A DNA stretch of 64,000 nucleotides from Candidatus Bathyarchaeia archaeon (GCA_038870975.1 JAVZJD010000001.1:288001-352000), one strand, 5' to 3'. Positions 10,285 to 20,003 are shown, counted from the first letter of the stretch. A program made the numbers and translations. Notes: generated from the letters alone by a model not told the origin.

Positions 10285-12288
10285 GTGATAAATACCCATT
10301 TGGGTGGAAAAAAGTTGGCAAAGGAAGCTGTTGAGGAAAAGTTTCCATGGCTTCTTGTAATTTTAATACCAGCGGTTTTAGGCTTCATAGGCCCCATATG
10401 GCAGCTCCTCATAAGTAGCTTCCCCTACTGGATAGTGAACTCGCTTGGCGAATCGGTCTGCAATATAGGTCTGACGACTGCGCCATTTCTAATGTTGTTG
10501 CTGTCTGCTCCATTATACAGAGTGAAGTCTCTGAGGGACAGGTTTGGCGCTAGGACTCTGGCTTATATCTACGTAAGTTCTCTTGTAGTATCTTACTTCA
10601 TAAACTTTCCATGGGCTTTAGACCAGAGATACCTCTACTCTGTGAGGATTCAGGAACGAGAGCTTGCGGATAGAGTGGTGCCAACGTTCATGTGTCCTCC
10701 ATATGAAGTAGTCATACTCTTATCAAAGGGCGGTCCGATAGATTGGGGTGCTTGGGCAACGCCAATTACGTGGTTTTGGTTGCATAACATAACTATGGGA
10801 CTATTCATGTTATCTGTAGCGACTCTTTTCAGAAGACTTTGGATAGACATTGAGAAAGTGCCATTTCCACATGCTTTAGTAGCTTATGAGCTTGCTAGAA
10901 ATAACGTGGCCGAAAGAGGCTGGGGTAAACTATTCATTACAGGGGTAGTAATAGGCTTAGCTTTCGAAATTCCAGTAACCCTCAGAGGAATTTTTCCATG
11001 GTTCCCAGATATATATGGCGTTGGATATAGGACATGTCCTCATTTAACAAGATGGATTGGTGGAGATGAACCGCTTGGAACGATACCAGGTATAATGTCG
11101 ATGAACTACAACCCACCAGTAGTGGCTATGGCTTATATGGCTCCCTTAGCCGTTCAATTCAGCACTTGGTTCTTCGCCCTAGTGTACATAATAGCTGTTC
11201 AAATAGCCTACACAATGGGTTACTATACTGGTATAACAGGTATGGGTACGTGTGGCAGGTTCTGGTGTTCTCCATCGCCCACTACGGAACCGCCGTTAAA
11301 ATTCGGAGCTATCGCCGTAGGTGCTATTGTAGCCATGGGTATTATGCATTTAATACTCAATAGACGATATCTGGCTGAAGTCTTTAAAGCTGCATCTAAA
11401 GGCTCTGATGAGTTTAAAGAGGAAGCTATAAGCTATAGGACGTGTTTCACTATGATGGGGATAACACTCATCGCAACCATAGCATTCTGGATGTGGTCAA
11501 GCCTATCATTTATAGATGCACTTTTCATGCCCATAACAGCGTTCTGCATATGGTATCCGATGAATAGACTTTTCGGGCTTGCTGGAGCCTACTGGAGGAG
11601 CGCCGATAAAGGGCTTGTCTTCTTCAGAATCCTACATCCTACGTGCCACGACCCCATAACAACTCAAGAATACCTGATATATAGAACAGCGGTCCAATCA
11701 TGCTCAGACACGCCGACTTATCCTTGGGGTGGGGCAGCAGTTTCATCCTTTACAGCATACAAGTTTGCTAGCCTTGCAGGTTTAACCGCAAGAAATACAT
11801 TCAAAACGTTGCTAGTGGCTTTACTGGTGGCTCCACTGGCGTCACATATAGCATTCATATGGATACTACATACGATAGGTGGTGAACGCATAGGTATATG
11901 GTCAAGTTGGTTCCTAGGAATAGGTGAAAGGCTTGCACAAATGCCAGGTTGGTGGATTTCAACCCCTGCACGTGAGCCTTGGGTTGAATACGCAGTATTA
12001 GGGGCCTTCATCATGGTCATCTTAAGCTGGCTTCATGCGAGGTTTGTATGGTTTCCCCTCGAACCAATTGGCTACATACTAGGCACAACCGCGGCCTCAA
12101 CTCTCTTCGGACTATGGATACCGTTCTTCGTCGCATGGGTGCTTAAAATGCTGACCTTAAGGATTGGGGGCGCTAAGCTCTATGAAGGCTACGGCGTTCC
12201 AATTGCCTCAGGTGCAGTAACAGGATGTATGATAGGGATGATACTCGGTGGAATAATATGGATAATGAGGTTCTTCACACCCTTCTAA
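10285..12288 (+). CDS. multi-pass membrane protein, OPT-like/DUF6785-DUF6784 putative transporter
   Basis: Many hydrophobic segments; LFRRLWIDIEKVPFP and WFPLEPIGY motifs. Confidence 0.65.
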   Translation: MINTHLGGKKLAKEAVEEKFPWLLVILIPAVLGFIGPIWQLLISSFPYWIVNSLGESVCNIGLTTAPFLMLLLSAPLYRVKSLRDRFGARTLAYIYVSSLVVSYFINFPWALDQRYLYSVRIQERELADRVVPTFMCPPYEVVILLSKGGPIDWGAWATPITWFWLHNITMGLFMLSVATLFRRLWIDIEKVPFPHALVAYELARNNVAERGWGKLFITGVVIGLAFEIPVTLRGIFPWFPDIYGVGYRTCPHLTRWIGGDEPLGTIPGIMSMNYNPPVVAMAYMAPLAVQFSTWFFALVYIIAVQIAYTMGYYTGITGMGTCGRFWCSPSPTTEPPLKFGAIAVGAIVAMGIMHLILNRRYLAEVFKAASKGSDEFKEEAISYRTCFTMMGITLIATIAFWMWSSLSFIDALFMPITAFCIWYPMNRLFGLAGAYWRSADKGLVFFRILHPTCHDPITTQEYLIYRTAVQSCSDTPTYPWGGAAVSSFTAYKFASLAGLTARNTFKTLLVALLVAPLASHIAFIWILHTIGGERIGIWSSWFLGIGERLAQMPGWWISTPAREPWVEYAVLGAFIMVILSWLHARFVWFPLEPIGYILGTTAASTLFGLWIPFFVAWVLKMLTLRIGGAKLYEGYGVPIASGAVTGCMIGMILGGIIWIMRFFTPF

Positions 12289-12290
12289 AA

Positions 12291-12307
12291 GTCCCCTTTT
12301 TATTTCT
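12291..12307 (+). terminator. pyrimidine/T-rich archaeal terminator
   Basis: gtcccctttttatttct immediately after the stop codon. Confidence 0.45.
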
Positions 12308-12457
12308 AATCTTATAATCTATTTTAAAGAAAGTATCTACTTTGATTGATGTTCAGTCTAATAATAGACCATTGCATCGAAGATCACGATAGCGTCGAGG
12401 TAGAGATTGAACTTTCACCGCTAGTGAAGACTATTTATCTAGGTTATTACTCTCTAT

Positions 12458-12748
12458 TTGAATGATATGGTTTGCGTTAGAGTGAGGTTTTATGCTAGTT
12501 TGAGGGATGAAATTGGCGCTGAAGAAGTTGTTATGTATTTAAGCGACTCGTCGTTCTACTCTCTCCTAAGTCGTCTTAAGGCGTTGTTTGATGGGAGAGC
12601 GGATAGACTGTTTTCGGAGGACGGAAAGTTGAGGGACGGTTTAATAGTCTCGGTCAACAATAGTATTGTTCACTTGTCGAATGTTCGAGAGCTTAAGCTC
12701 TGTGAAAACGACATAGTTGACTTCATGCCTGTCCCCTCAGGTGGTTGA
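12458..12748 (+). CDS. moaD: MoaD/ThiS ubiquitin-like sulfur carrier
   Basis: VRFYASLRD beta-grasp start, C-terminal PVPSGG, overlaps moaE. Confidence 0.88.
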   Translation: MNDMVCVRVRFYASLRDEIGAEEVVMYLSDSSFYSLLSRLKALFDGRADRLFSEDGKLRDGLIVSVNNSIVHLSNVRELKLCENDIVDFMPVPSGG

Positions 12749-13157
12749 ATTGAAGGTTAAAGTAGGCCGGGAGTTGGATCCGCTTCCATCTCTTATAGAG
12801 CATTTAAAACGGTCTTCTGATGAAGTTGGAGCTATAGCCGTATTTATAGGAGTTGTACGCGGAGTGAGCAACGGCGAGAAGGTTTTGAAGCTTAGCTATG
12901 AGGCTCATGAGGTTTTAGCATCTAGAGTCTTGGAAAGTCTAGTGGAGGATGTTAAGAAGAAGTATGGATTGTTGGATGCCGTGGCGGAGCATAGGCTTGG
13001 CGACGTCCCAGTTGGAGAAGATATAATGTACGTCTTAGTCGCGTCGAAGCATAGGGATGACGCGTATAAAGCTTTGATGGAGTTGGTTGATAGAATAAAA
13101 CGCGAAGTGCCTATTTGGAAGAAAGAGCATACTGAAAAGGGCTCTAAGTGGGTGTGA
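12741..13157 (+). CDS. moaE: molybdopterin synthase catalytic subunit
   Basis: GAIAVFIGVVR, LSYEA, HRLG, SKHR and PIWKKE. Start is the GTG at 12741 or the TTG at 12750. Confidence 0.93.
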   Translation: MVELKVKVGRELDPLPSLIEHLKRSSDEVGAIAVFIGVVRGVSNGEKVLKLSYEAHEVLASRVLESLVEDVKKKYGLLDAVAEHRLGDVPVGEDIMYVLVASKHRDDAYKALMELVDRIKREVPIWKKEHTEKGSKWV

Positions 13158-13176
13158 GAATTCCCTTCGACGCGGT

Positions 13177-15294
13177 TTAAATGCTACTTCTCCATCTTCT
13201 GAGTAGAAGGGAATTGCCTACTACCGATAAGTCTGAAACTATCATGGTTAGTGCGCAGACTTCAGGTTTTAATAGGAAGCCAAGCCACTGGTAGAAGACG
13301 CCGGCAGCCATGGGGATTAACAGGATGTTATAGAGGAATGCTAGAAACAGGTTCTGCTTTATTTTGGAGAAAGTGGCTTTTGAAAGTTCAAAAGCCCTTA
13401 TCACATCTCTTAAATCGTCTTTAACTAGAATTATTCCACCGGCTTCTTTGGCTATGTCTGTTCCAGCGCCCATAGCTATCCCTACATCCGCCGCCGCTAA
13501 CATCGGAGCATCGTTAATACCATCTCCTACGGCTCCCACTATTCTACCAGTCTTCTGAAGTTTTCTGATGACTTCTTCCTTGTCTTGAGGTAGGACTTCA
13601 GCTATTGTTTTCTCAATCCCGAGTTTTCTAGCTATAGCTTCAGCCGTTTTCCAGCTGTCCCCTGTGACCATGTAGACGTCGATCCCCCAATCCTTTAGAG
13701 TCTTAACGACTTCTTTTGAATAATCTTTCAAAGTGTCAGCTACGGCTATAGCGCCTTTAACCTCACCGTCTACTGAAACAAGCATTACTGTTTTTCCTTC
13801 TCCTTCCAATTCAATTCCAAGATTGCTTTGGACTACCCTGCGATTTCCAAGTATAACGTTTTTCCCATCTACTCTTCCTTTAAGACCCCCTCCGGGCATC
13901 ACTTCAAAACCTTGAACCTCCAAAAGCCGTATTCTACGCTTCTCAGCTTCTCTGACGATTGCGACGTCTAATGGATGGGTTGTATTCTTCGCTAAACTAG
14001 CTGCCAATTGTAAAACATCTCCAAAAACGTCTGTCACTTCAGGCTCACCTTTGGTTAAGGTTCCGGTTTTATCGAAAACAATGGTATCAATTTCCCGAAC
14101 TTTCTCTAAATACTGTCCTCCCTTGATCAGAATCCCCATTTCCGCTCCTCTGCTTATCCCAATCATAACTGCGGTCGGTGTAGCGATCCCCAAAGCACAT
14201 GGACAGGCGACGACCAAAACTGAGATGAAAACTGTCAAAGCGAACGTAAGACTTTCCCTTAGAAGGAGATACCAAACGATAAAGCTCAGAATAGCTGTTA
14301 AAACCACCAGGGGGACGAACCAATTTAAAGCTTTATCGGCGATTCTCTGAATTGGTGCTTTGGACTTCTGTGCTTCACTGACGAGACTGATTATCTGGGC
14401 TAAAGCCGTCTCTTTTCCAACCTTAGTTGCTTGAAATTTGAATAGTCCTAGTTTATTTATAGTTCCACCGAAAACTTCATCCCCTTCTTTCCTATCCAAT
14501 GGCATAGATTCTCCTGTGACCATAGAGGCGTCGACTACTCCCTTCCCCTCTACGATGACTCCATCTGTTGGGATTTTCTCACCAGGTCTTACGATTACGA
14601 TGTCCCCCTTTTGGATTTGTTCAAGCGGTACTTCCATTTCTATGCCTTCTCTTAAAACTCTAGCAGTTTTAGCTTCAAGCTTCATCAGTTTTTTAATGGC
14701 TTCGCCGACTTTTCCTTGGGATGTCTTCTCCAATAGGACGCCTAATGTAATAGTCGTTAGTACTGTTGTTGAAGCATCATAGAATACGGGGCCTGAGGTG
14801 AAGAACGTAGTTACGATAGAGTAGAAATATGCGGCTGAAGTACTAAGTGATACTAGAACATTTAAGTCAGTTGTCTTCTGCTTTAAACTGAAGTAGGCTC
14901 CTCGGTAGAATGGTAGGCCGAGTATCACCTGTACTGGTGTAGATAAGCTGAAGAGTAGAAGGTTCAAGCTTGAATTGTAGAAGAAATTGATGATAGCCCA
15001 GGTGGGAACCGTTAAAACGACTCCAAGTAAAAACCTCCACCAGCCACTTTCAACTTCATCTTCAGTCTCTACTCTATCCGACGCCTCATAGCCAGCTTCT
15101 TCAATAAATTTTTTGATCTTTTCAACGTCGACTTCAGCTGGGTTGTATTCGACAACCGCCTCTTCAAGTGTGAAACTGACGTGAGCTGAAACAACGCCCC
15201 TTACTCTTAGGAGAGCCTTCTCAATGGTTTTAGCGCAACTTTCACAATGCATTCCTTTTATTCTGAGTTTGGTTTTTTCAACCATGTCTAACAC
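13177..15294 (-). CDS. copA: P1B copper-exporting ATPase
   Basis: GMHCESC metal-binding domain, TGES, CPC, DKTGT, HP, GDGINDAP, YN. Confidence 0.93.
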   Translation of the reverse strand: MLDMVEKTKLRIKGMHCESCAKTIEKALLRVRGVVSAHVSFTLEEAVVEYNPAEVDVEKIKKFIEEAGYEASDRVETEDEVESGWWRFLLGVVLTVPTWAIINFFYNSSLNLLLFSLSTPVQVILGLPFYRGAYFSLKQKTTDLNVLVSLSTSAAYFYSIVTTFFTSGPVFYDASTTVLTTITLGVLLEKTSQGKVGEAIKKLMKLEAKTARVLREGIEMEVPLEQIQKGDIVIVRPGEKIPTDGVIVEGKGVVDASMVTGESMPLDRKEGDEVFGGTINKLGLFKFQATKVGKETALAQIISLVSEAQKSKAPIQRIADKALNWFVPLVVLTAILSFIVWYLLLRESLTFALTVFISVLVVACPCALGIATPTAVMIGISRGAEMGILIKGGQYLEKVREIDTIVFDKTGTLTKGEPEVTDVFGDVLQLAASLAKNTTHPLDVAIVREAEKRRIRLLEVQGFEVMPGGGLKGRVDGKNVILGNRRVVQSNLGIELEGEGKTVMLVSVDGEVKGAIAVADTLKDYSKEVVKTLKDWGIDVYMVTGDSWKTAEAIARKLGIEKTIAEVLPQDKEEVIRKLQKTGRIVGAVGDGINDAPMLAAADVGIAMGAGTDIAKEAGGIILVKDDLRDVIRAFELSKATFSKIKQNLFLAFLYNILLIPMAAGVFYQWLGFLLKPEVCALTMIVSDLSVVGNSLLLRRWRSSI

Positions 15295-15322
15295 AAACCG
15301 GAGAATGACGGTATCAAACGAT

Positions 15323-15335
15323 ATAACGCTGTTAT
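15323..15335. promoter_or_regulatory. ATAAC-N3-GTTAT site overlapping the copA TATA box
   Basis: ATAACGCTGTTAT, perfect match; TTTAAATA overlaps on the minus strand. Confidence 0.65.
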
Positions 15336-15398
15336 TTAAAGCTTTTCAACCTAAAAATAGCCCAGTCAAAGCGAAAAACGGTGGAGTTTGGATGATTC

Positions 15399-16322
15399 TT
15401 ACTTTGAAAGCTTTAGCATTCTCTCTATTGCAGATCTAGATTTTTCAGCTATGCGGTTAGGCACTTTAACTATGGGTTTCTTCTTCTCTAAAGCCTGGTA
15501 GACTTTTTCAAGCGTGTGAAGCTTCATATTTTCACACACTGCGTTTTCAAGCGCTGGGATATACTCTCTACCTGGGATTTCTCTTCTCAAGCGGTCTACT
15601 AGACCGATTTCAGTTGCGATTATGAACCTTTTTGAAGACGTTTCAAGGCATCTTTTACACATCTGCTCTGTGCTTCCGATGAAATCTGCTATATTTTGAA
15701 CCTCTGGGTCGCACTCTGGATGTACTAGTACTTCAGCATCCGGATACTTCTTCTTAAGAGTGAGGATGTCTTCTGCCTTAAACATTTTATGTACGACACA
15801 GTAGCCGTTTTCAGGTATTGGAATTATCTCCTTGTTTGGGCAGTGTTTAGCCGTATACCAGGCTAGATTACGGTCTGGTCCGAATAATACCCTCGTAGAG
15901 TTTAGTCTATCTGCTATTTTCGACGCGTTTGAAGACGTGCATATGACGTCTGCCTCGGCTTTTGCCTCGGCTAGTGTATTGACGTACAGCATGACTTCAG
16001 CGTCTGGATACTTCTTTTTAGCTTCAACAACTATGTTTGCGGGTAGTTGTGCAGCCATAGGGCATTTAGCTTCAACATCTGGTATTACGACGATCTTATC
16101 TGGGTTTAAAATGGATGCGGTTTCAGCCATAAAATCGACACCGCAGAAGACAATATACTTGAAGTCTTCAACTTTAGTAGCCGTGAGACACAGCTGTAGA
16201 GAGTCTCCGACGAAGTCTGCAATCTCCTGAATCTCTGGACGCTGATAGTTGTGGGCTAGAATTAGAGCTTTCTCCCTCTCTTTTAGCTGAATTATCTTCT
16301 TTTGAATCTGTGTAAGTGCCAT
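15399..16322 (-). CDS. nadA: quinolinate synthase
   Basis: LAHNYQ, GDSL, FCGVDFMAE, CPMA, CVVH, HPEC, CENMK. Confidence 0.97.
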   Translation of the reverse strand: MALTQIQKKIIQLKEREKALILAHNYQRPEIQEIADFVGDSLQLCLTATKVEDFKYIVFCGVDFMAETASILNPDKIVVIPDVEAKCPMAAQLPANIVVEAKKKYPDAEVMLYVNTLAEAKAEADVICTSSNASKIADRLNSTRVLFGPDRNLAWYTAKHCPNKEIIPIPENGYCVVHKMFKAEDILTLKKKYPDAEVLVHPECDPEVQNIADFIGSTEQMCKRCLETSSKRFIIATEIGLVDRLRREIPGREYIPALENAVCENMKLHTLEKVYQALEKKKPIVKVPNRIAEKSRSAIERMLKLSK

Positions 16323-16339
16323 TGTCTACCTAACCTTCC

Positions 16340-16352
16340 ATAACACCGTTAT
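16340..16352. promoter_or_regulatory. ATAAC-N3-GTTAT site near the nadA transcription start
   Basis: ATAACACCGTTAT, perfect match, about 23 nt downstream of TTTATAA on the minus strand. Confidence 0.65.
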
Positions 16353-16450
16353 TAGTCTTCATTTCTAGAAAAAGCTTATAAATGTTTCTCCAAGGACGGC
16401 TGATAATCTGTTGAACAGGTGTGACAGGTTTACGGTTATAATCCGTTCAC

Positions 16451-17560
16451 CTAATCTTCAGAATACGGTATATAGAACTGGGGTTTAGGAGGTTTAGGTC
16501 TGAAAGCTTCGCTTTTAATCTTGAAAACTTCAATCTGACGTTTTAATGTCTCCTCTTCTACTACGCTATTTACCAGTTTATGCAGCTCCTCGGGGTCTAG
16601 TTTAACTCTAGCGTTCAGTAGGAGCATTCCATAGTCCGTATAGTTGACGTCTTCAGATCCAGTTATAGTTGCACCTTGCTCTATTGATGTGATGTTGGCT
16701 TTGAATACTCCGCTTTTCGTCCTGAGATAAGCTTTTACGTGCGCAATAAACCCATTGAGGTCTGTAATGCGTCTCCCGATCCGAGATAAAACATCTCTGA
16801 CGAAATCTCTAGGGTTGAAACCGTGTTTTGTCTTTAATTCGTAAAGCCCGTCGAACCATGCGAGTTCAAGCTCAGCCTGTGTATATTTGATCATGTCTAT
16901 ATCTGGATATGGTAGCCTTTTCGACACACCCTTGAGTACAATTTCAACTATTCTGTCGACTCCGACGTTGAATTTAGCAGATGTCAATACGTATTCTGCC
17001 TCAGGCCTCAGCTTTTTCAAGAGGTTGACTGTTTCCGCTACTGTTGGGCTGTCAACCAGATCTATCTTGTTGATACATAAGACTTCCCCCTCTTTTATCT
17101 GCGATGCTATGAGGAAGGATATGGGGTCTTCAGCATTTAAGAGGTTGACTTCTTGGTGAAGCGTGAGGATTCGTGAAGCATCTACAATGACGATTAGTGG
17201 AGCAAGCTCAAGCCTGTCTGAGTAGAACTTTTTTACAGGTGCGTATAGTGTTGGCATTAGTCCAGCGCAGCTTCCAACAGGCTCTGCGAGGATTATATCT
17301 GGCTTCAGTTTTTCTAAAATTTTCTGAGTTTGGCTGATGAAGTCTTGAAAATTGCAGCAGAAGCATCCTTTAAATACTTCTGCTACTTCGAAGCCGTAGT
17401 CTCTAACCGTAGCGCTATCAACTAAGACTTCTCCTTGATCGTTTGTTACAACTGCGACTTTTTTCCCATACTCGTTTACCAGCTGTTCGCCTAGTTTGAG
17501 TAGGAGGGTCGTTTTTCCGCTTCCTAAGAAGCCTCCTACAAGTACGAGTTTAGGCTTCAT
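16451..17560 (-). CDS. COG0523/CobW-like G3E metallochaperone GTPase
   Basis: GGFLGSGKTT, TNDQG, GCFCC, EPVGSC, NKID. Confidence 0.85.
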   Translation of the reverse strand: MKPKLVLVGGFLGSGKTTLLLKLGEQLVNEYGKKVAVVTNDQGEVLVDSATVRDYGFEVAEVFKGCFCCNFQDFISQTQKILEKLKPDIILAEPVGSCAGLMPTLYAPVKKFYSDRLELAPLIVIVDASRILTLHQEVNLLNAEDPISFLIASQIKEGEVLCINKIDLVDSPTVAETVNLLKKLRPEAEYVLTSAKFNVGVDRIVEIVLKGVSKRLPYPDIDMIKYTQAELELAWFDGLYELKTKHGFNPRDFVRDVLSRIGRRITDLNGFIAHVKAYLRTKSGVFKANITSIEQGATITGSEDVNYTDYGMLLLNARVKLDPEELHKLVNSVVEEETLKRQIEVFKIKSEAFRPKPPKPQFYIPYSED

Positions 17561-17671
17561 AATTTTAATCGCTACTGTTAACCTTGATTATTATTTTTAA
17601 ACTTTATGTTAATTTTTTCTTTACATAGGGCAACCATTATAAAAGGCTTTGTAGAAATTTAGACAGGAGTC

Positions 17672-18568
17672 ATGTCTGATGAATCGGTCTATGGGAATAG
17701 TGGGGGCTTAGAGACTTATTCGAAAGCCCAAAGTCTAATTCGGAGGCTTTTAGACTGGTTTAAAGATAAAAACAGTGTATTGGTTGCTTTTTCAGGAGGC
17801 GTAGATAGTACTCTTGTAGCTTATGCTGCCTATAGGGCTTTAGGTAGTAGAGTTTTAACCGTTACAGTAGCCTCACCTATGTTTCCCCGTGAGGAGGTTG
17901 AGGAGGCTGTTAAGTTAGCCCGCTTAATAGGGGTTAGGCATAGGGTTGTTGAAATCGATATGTTGAACGATTCTAAGATTGTTGAAAATCCTCCGGATAG
18001 ATGCTACTACTGTAAAAGGCTTATGTTGAAAGCTTTAACCGAAGTCGCTGAAGCGGAAGGTTTAGAGCTGCTGGTTGACGGCTCGAACGCCGAGGATTAT
18101 CGAGACTTCAGACCTGGTCTTAAGGCTTTAAGAGAATTCAAAGTAAGGAGTCCACTGGCGGAATTGGACTTCAGCAAAAACGACGTGAGGACTGTTTCGA
18201 GGTTTTTAGGGCTTCCCACGGCTGATAAACCTTCAATGGCTTGTTTAGCTTCGAGGATTCCATATGGTGTGGAATTAACCTATGATAGGCTTAAGAGGGT
18301 TTCAGAGGCTGAATCCTATATAAGGCAGCTAACAGGTGTTAAGCAGGTTCGAGTTAGAGACCATGGTGGAATAGCTAGGATTGAAGTCGGTAGAGATGAG
18401 AGGAGGGGCTTTTTCAAAGAAGAGCTTATGGACATAATATGGGCTAAGCTTAGAAGCCTAGGATATGTATACGTTACTCTAGACCTATACGGATATAGGT
18501 CTGGAAGCTTAAACGAGCCTTTAGATTCTCCACAACCCCCTCCATCTCCTGGAGAGAGGAGCGCTTAA
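17672..18568 (+). CDS. larE: LarE-family ATP-dependent sulfur transferase
   Basis: PP-loop AFSGGVDS, RCYYCK, RPG, ACLASRIPYG, RVRDHG, GYRSGSLN. Confidence 0.92.
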   Translation: MSDESVYGNSGGLETYSKAQSLIRRLLDWFKDKNSVLVAFSGGVDSTLVAYAAYRALGSRVLTVTVASPMFPREEVEEAVKLARLIGVRHRVVEIDMLNDSKIVENPPDRCYYCKRLMLKALTEVAEAEGLELLVDGSNAEDYRDFRPGLKALREFKVRSPLAELDFSKNDVRTVSRFLGLPTADKPSMACLASRIPYGVELTYDRLKRVSEAESYIRQLTGVKQVRVRDHGGIARIEVGRDERRGFFKEELMDIIWAKLRSLGYVYVTLDLYGYRSGSLNEPLDSPQPPPSPGERSA

Positions 18569-18599
18569 AGCCGCTCCGGCTCAACAGCCGTAATACGTT

Positions 18600-18803
18600 T
18601 TATGGTAGCTGTACATGTTTAAACTTCTCACTGGCTCGTTCTTCACCGACTCTCCAATTCTCTCTTGGAACCTCATGTATAAGTACTTCGACTGCGCTCG
18701 CGTGTATGCCTATTTCAGTGAAAAGCCTAGTTATGCCTGCTATCACCTTCTTCTTAGCTTCGTTTGAAAAACCACTCCAAGCATAAACGTGGACGATTGA
18801 CAT
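18600..18803 (-). CDS. 4-oxalocrotonate tautomerase-family protein
   Basis: 67 aa beta-alpha-beta pattern (AVEVLIHEVPRENWRVG); Ser in place of the catalytic Pro1. Confidence 0.75.
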   Translation of the reverse strand: MSIVHVYAWSGFSNEAKKKVIAGITRLFTEIGIHASAVEVLIHEVPRENWRVGEERASEKFKHVQLP

Positions 18804-18966
18804 GGTTGAAACGTTTCCTCCTATGATTTAAAGCTTTACTATGTTAAACTCTAGACTTAAAACCTCATGAAGCAGTGGGTTTTAATGGCTGTAGCTCCAT
18901 TGGATTCAGGCTGACGGGGGCCTGATCTTTAAATTATTTTTCTAAATTTTTAACACTTATTTTTTC

Positions 18967-19015
18967 TATAATTTTAGAATATTAATATTATAATTTTAGA
19001 ATATTAATATTATAA
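18967..19015. repeat. 22-bp tandem duplication TATAATTTTAGAATATTAATAT x2 in a very AT-rich tract
   Basis: Units at 18967-18988 and 18989-19010, then TATAA; the palindrome AATATTAATATT occurs twice. Confidence 0.85.
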
Positions 19016-19230
19016 AGTTTAAACGTCATTTTCAAATATTATAATTCATTTCTCTCTTTTTTATAATATTATAAGTTTCATATATGTATCTATCTGAGCC
19101 TCTTGTTTCAAATTGAAATTCCCGTTCAGGTGTATATATGGATTTTTGGGATTTTTCAAATGTTTACAAATGAAATATTGCAGAAAATCCTTAAAAAACT
19201 TATGTAAACGTTTGTTTAACATTAATACAT

Positions 19231-19698
19231 ATGTCTCAAACCACGGCTTCCACTAAAAAGTCTATAATAGCGTTCAGAGTTGCACCTTATGTGAAAGACC
19301 TTGTTACACAGGTTGCTTTAAGTGAGGGTTTAGCGCCTTCCGAGTGGTTGAGAAACCTACTCATAGGAGAGTTTAAAAGGCGTAATCTACTCCCTAAGAC
19401 TGTTACAACGCCAAAATCTAGTCTGGCTTTGGAGAAGTTTAAAGAGCATGGTAGGGTTAGTGTTGCACGTAGACGTGACAAGTTTGAGATATTCGCTGAC
19501 ATTTTACAAGCTGCTTTAGACGGAGCGAGGACTACTGAGATAATATACCGTGTGAATTTGAATTCTAAACGTTTCAGAGAATACTCTGAGTATTTGGTTA
19601 AGGCTGGGTTTCTAGAGGTTTTAGAGAAGCCTGGAGGGTTTAAAATCTACAAGACTACTGGTAGGGGTAGGATATTCCTAGAGGCTTTATCAAGGTAG
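19231..19698 (+). CDS. ribbon-helix-helix plus winged-HTH DNA-binding protein
   Basis: IIAFRV...SEWLRNLL RHH pattern followed by RRRDKFEIFADIL...YKTTGRG winged helix. Confidence 0.7.
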   Translation: MSQTTASTKKSIIAFRVAPYVKDLVTQVALSEGLAPSEWLRNLLIGEFKRRNLLPKTVTTPKSSLALEKFKEHGRVSVARRRDKFEIFADILQAALDGARTTEIIYRVNLNSKRFREYSEYLVKAGFLEVLEKPGGFKIYKTTGRGRIFLEALSR

Positions 19699-19890
19699 TC
19701 TTCTAAACTCCGGGTCTACTCTCACCCTGCCCTTTTCGTCGAATTCTACGAAGTTGAAGTAGGCCAGTTTACTGAGAAGTTCAGAAGTTTCCGTAATGTT
19801 CTGACCTACGGCTTCAGCTACTTCTTCAACAGTATGCCATTCTCCGTCTATGGCTAAATACTCTAATATACGGCTGAACTTGCTAAGCAT
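19690..19890 (-). CDS. small winged-HTH protein
   Basis: ILEYLAIDGEWHTVEEVAEAVG...LSKLAYFNFVEFD. Confidence 0.6.
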   Translation of the reverse strand: MLSKFSRILEYLAIDGEWHTVEEVAEAVGQNITETSELLSKLAYFNFVEFDEKGRVRVDPEFRRLP

Positions 19891-20003
19891 TTAAAGCATT
19901 TTTTTACGCGTTTCTATATTTAAGCTTATAGAACTACAGCGTATGTACCTCCAAGTATGTACCACATGGTTCACACGTCTTATATACCCATAGCTCCATA
20001 GAT

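Noticed and set aside
18887-18927. GGCTGTAGCTCCATTGG resembling a tRNA 5' end or att site
   Set aside because: No anticodon or T arm follows, and no second copy was seen.
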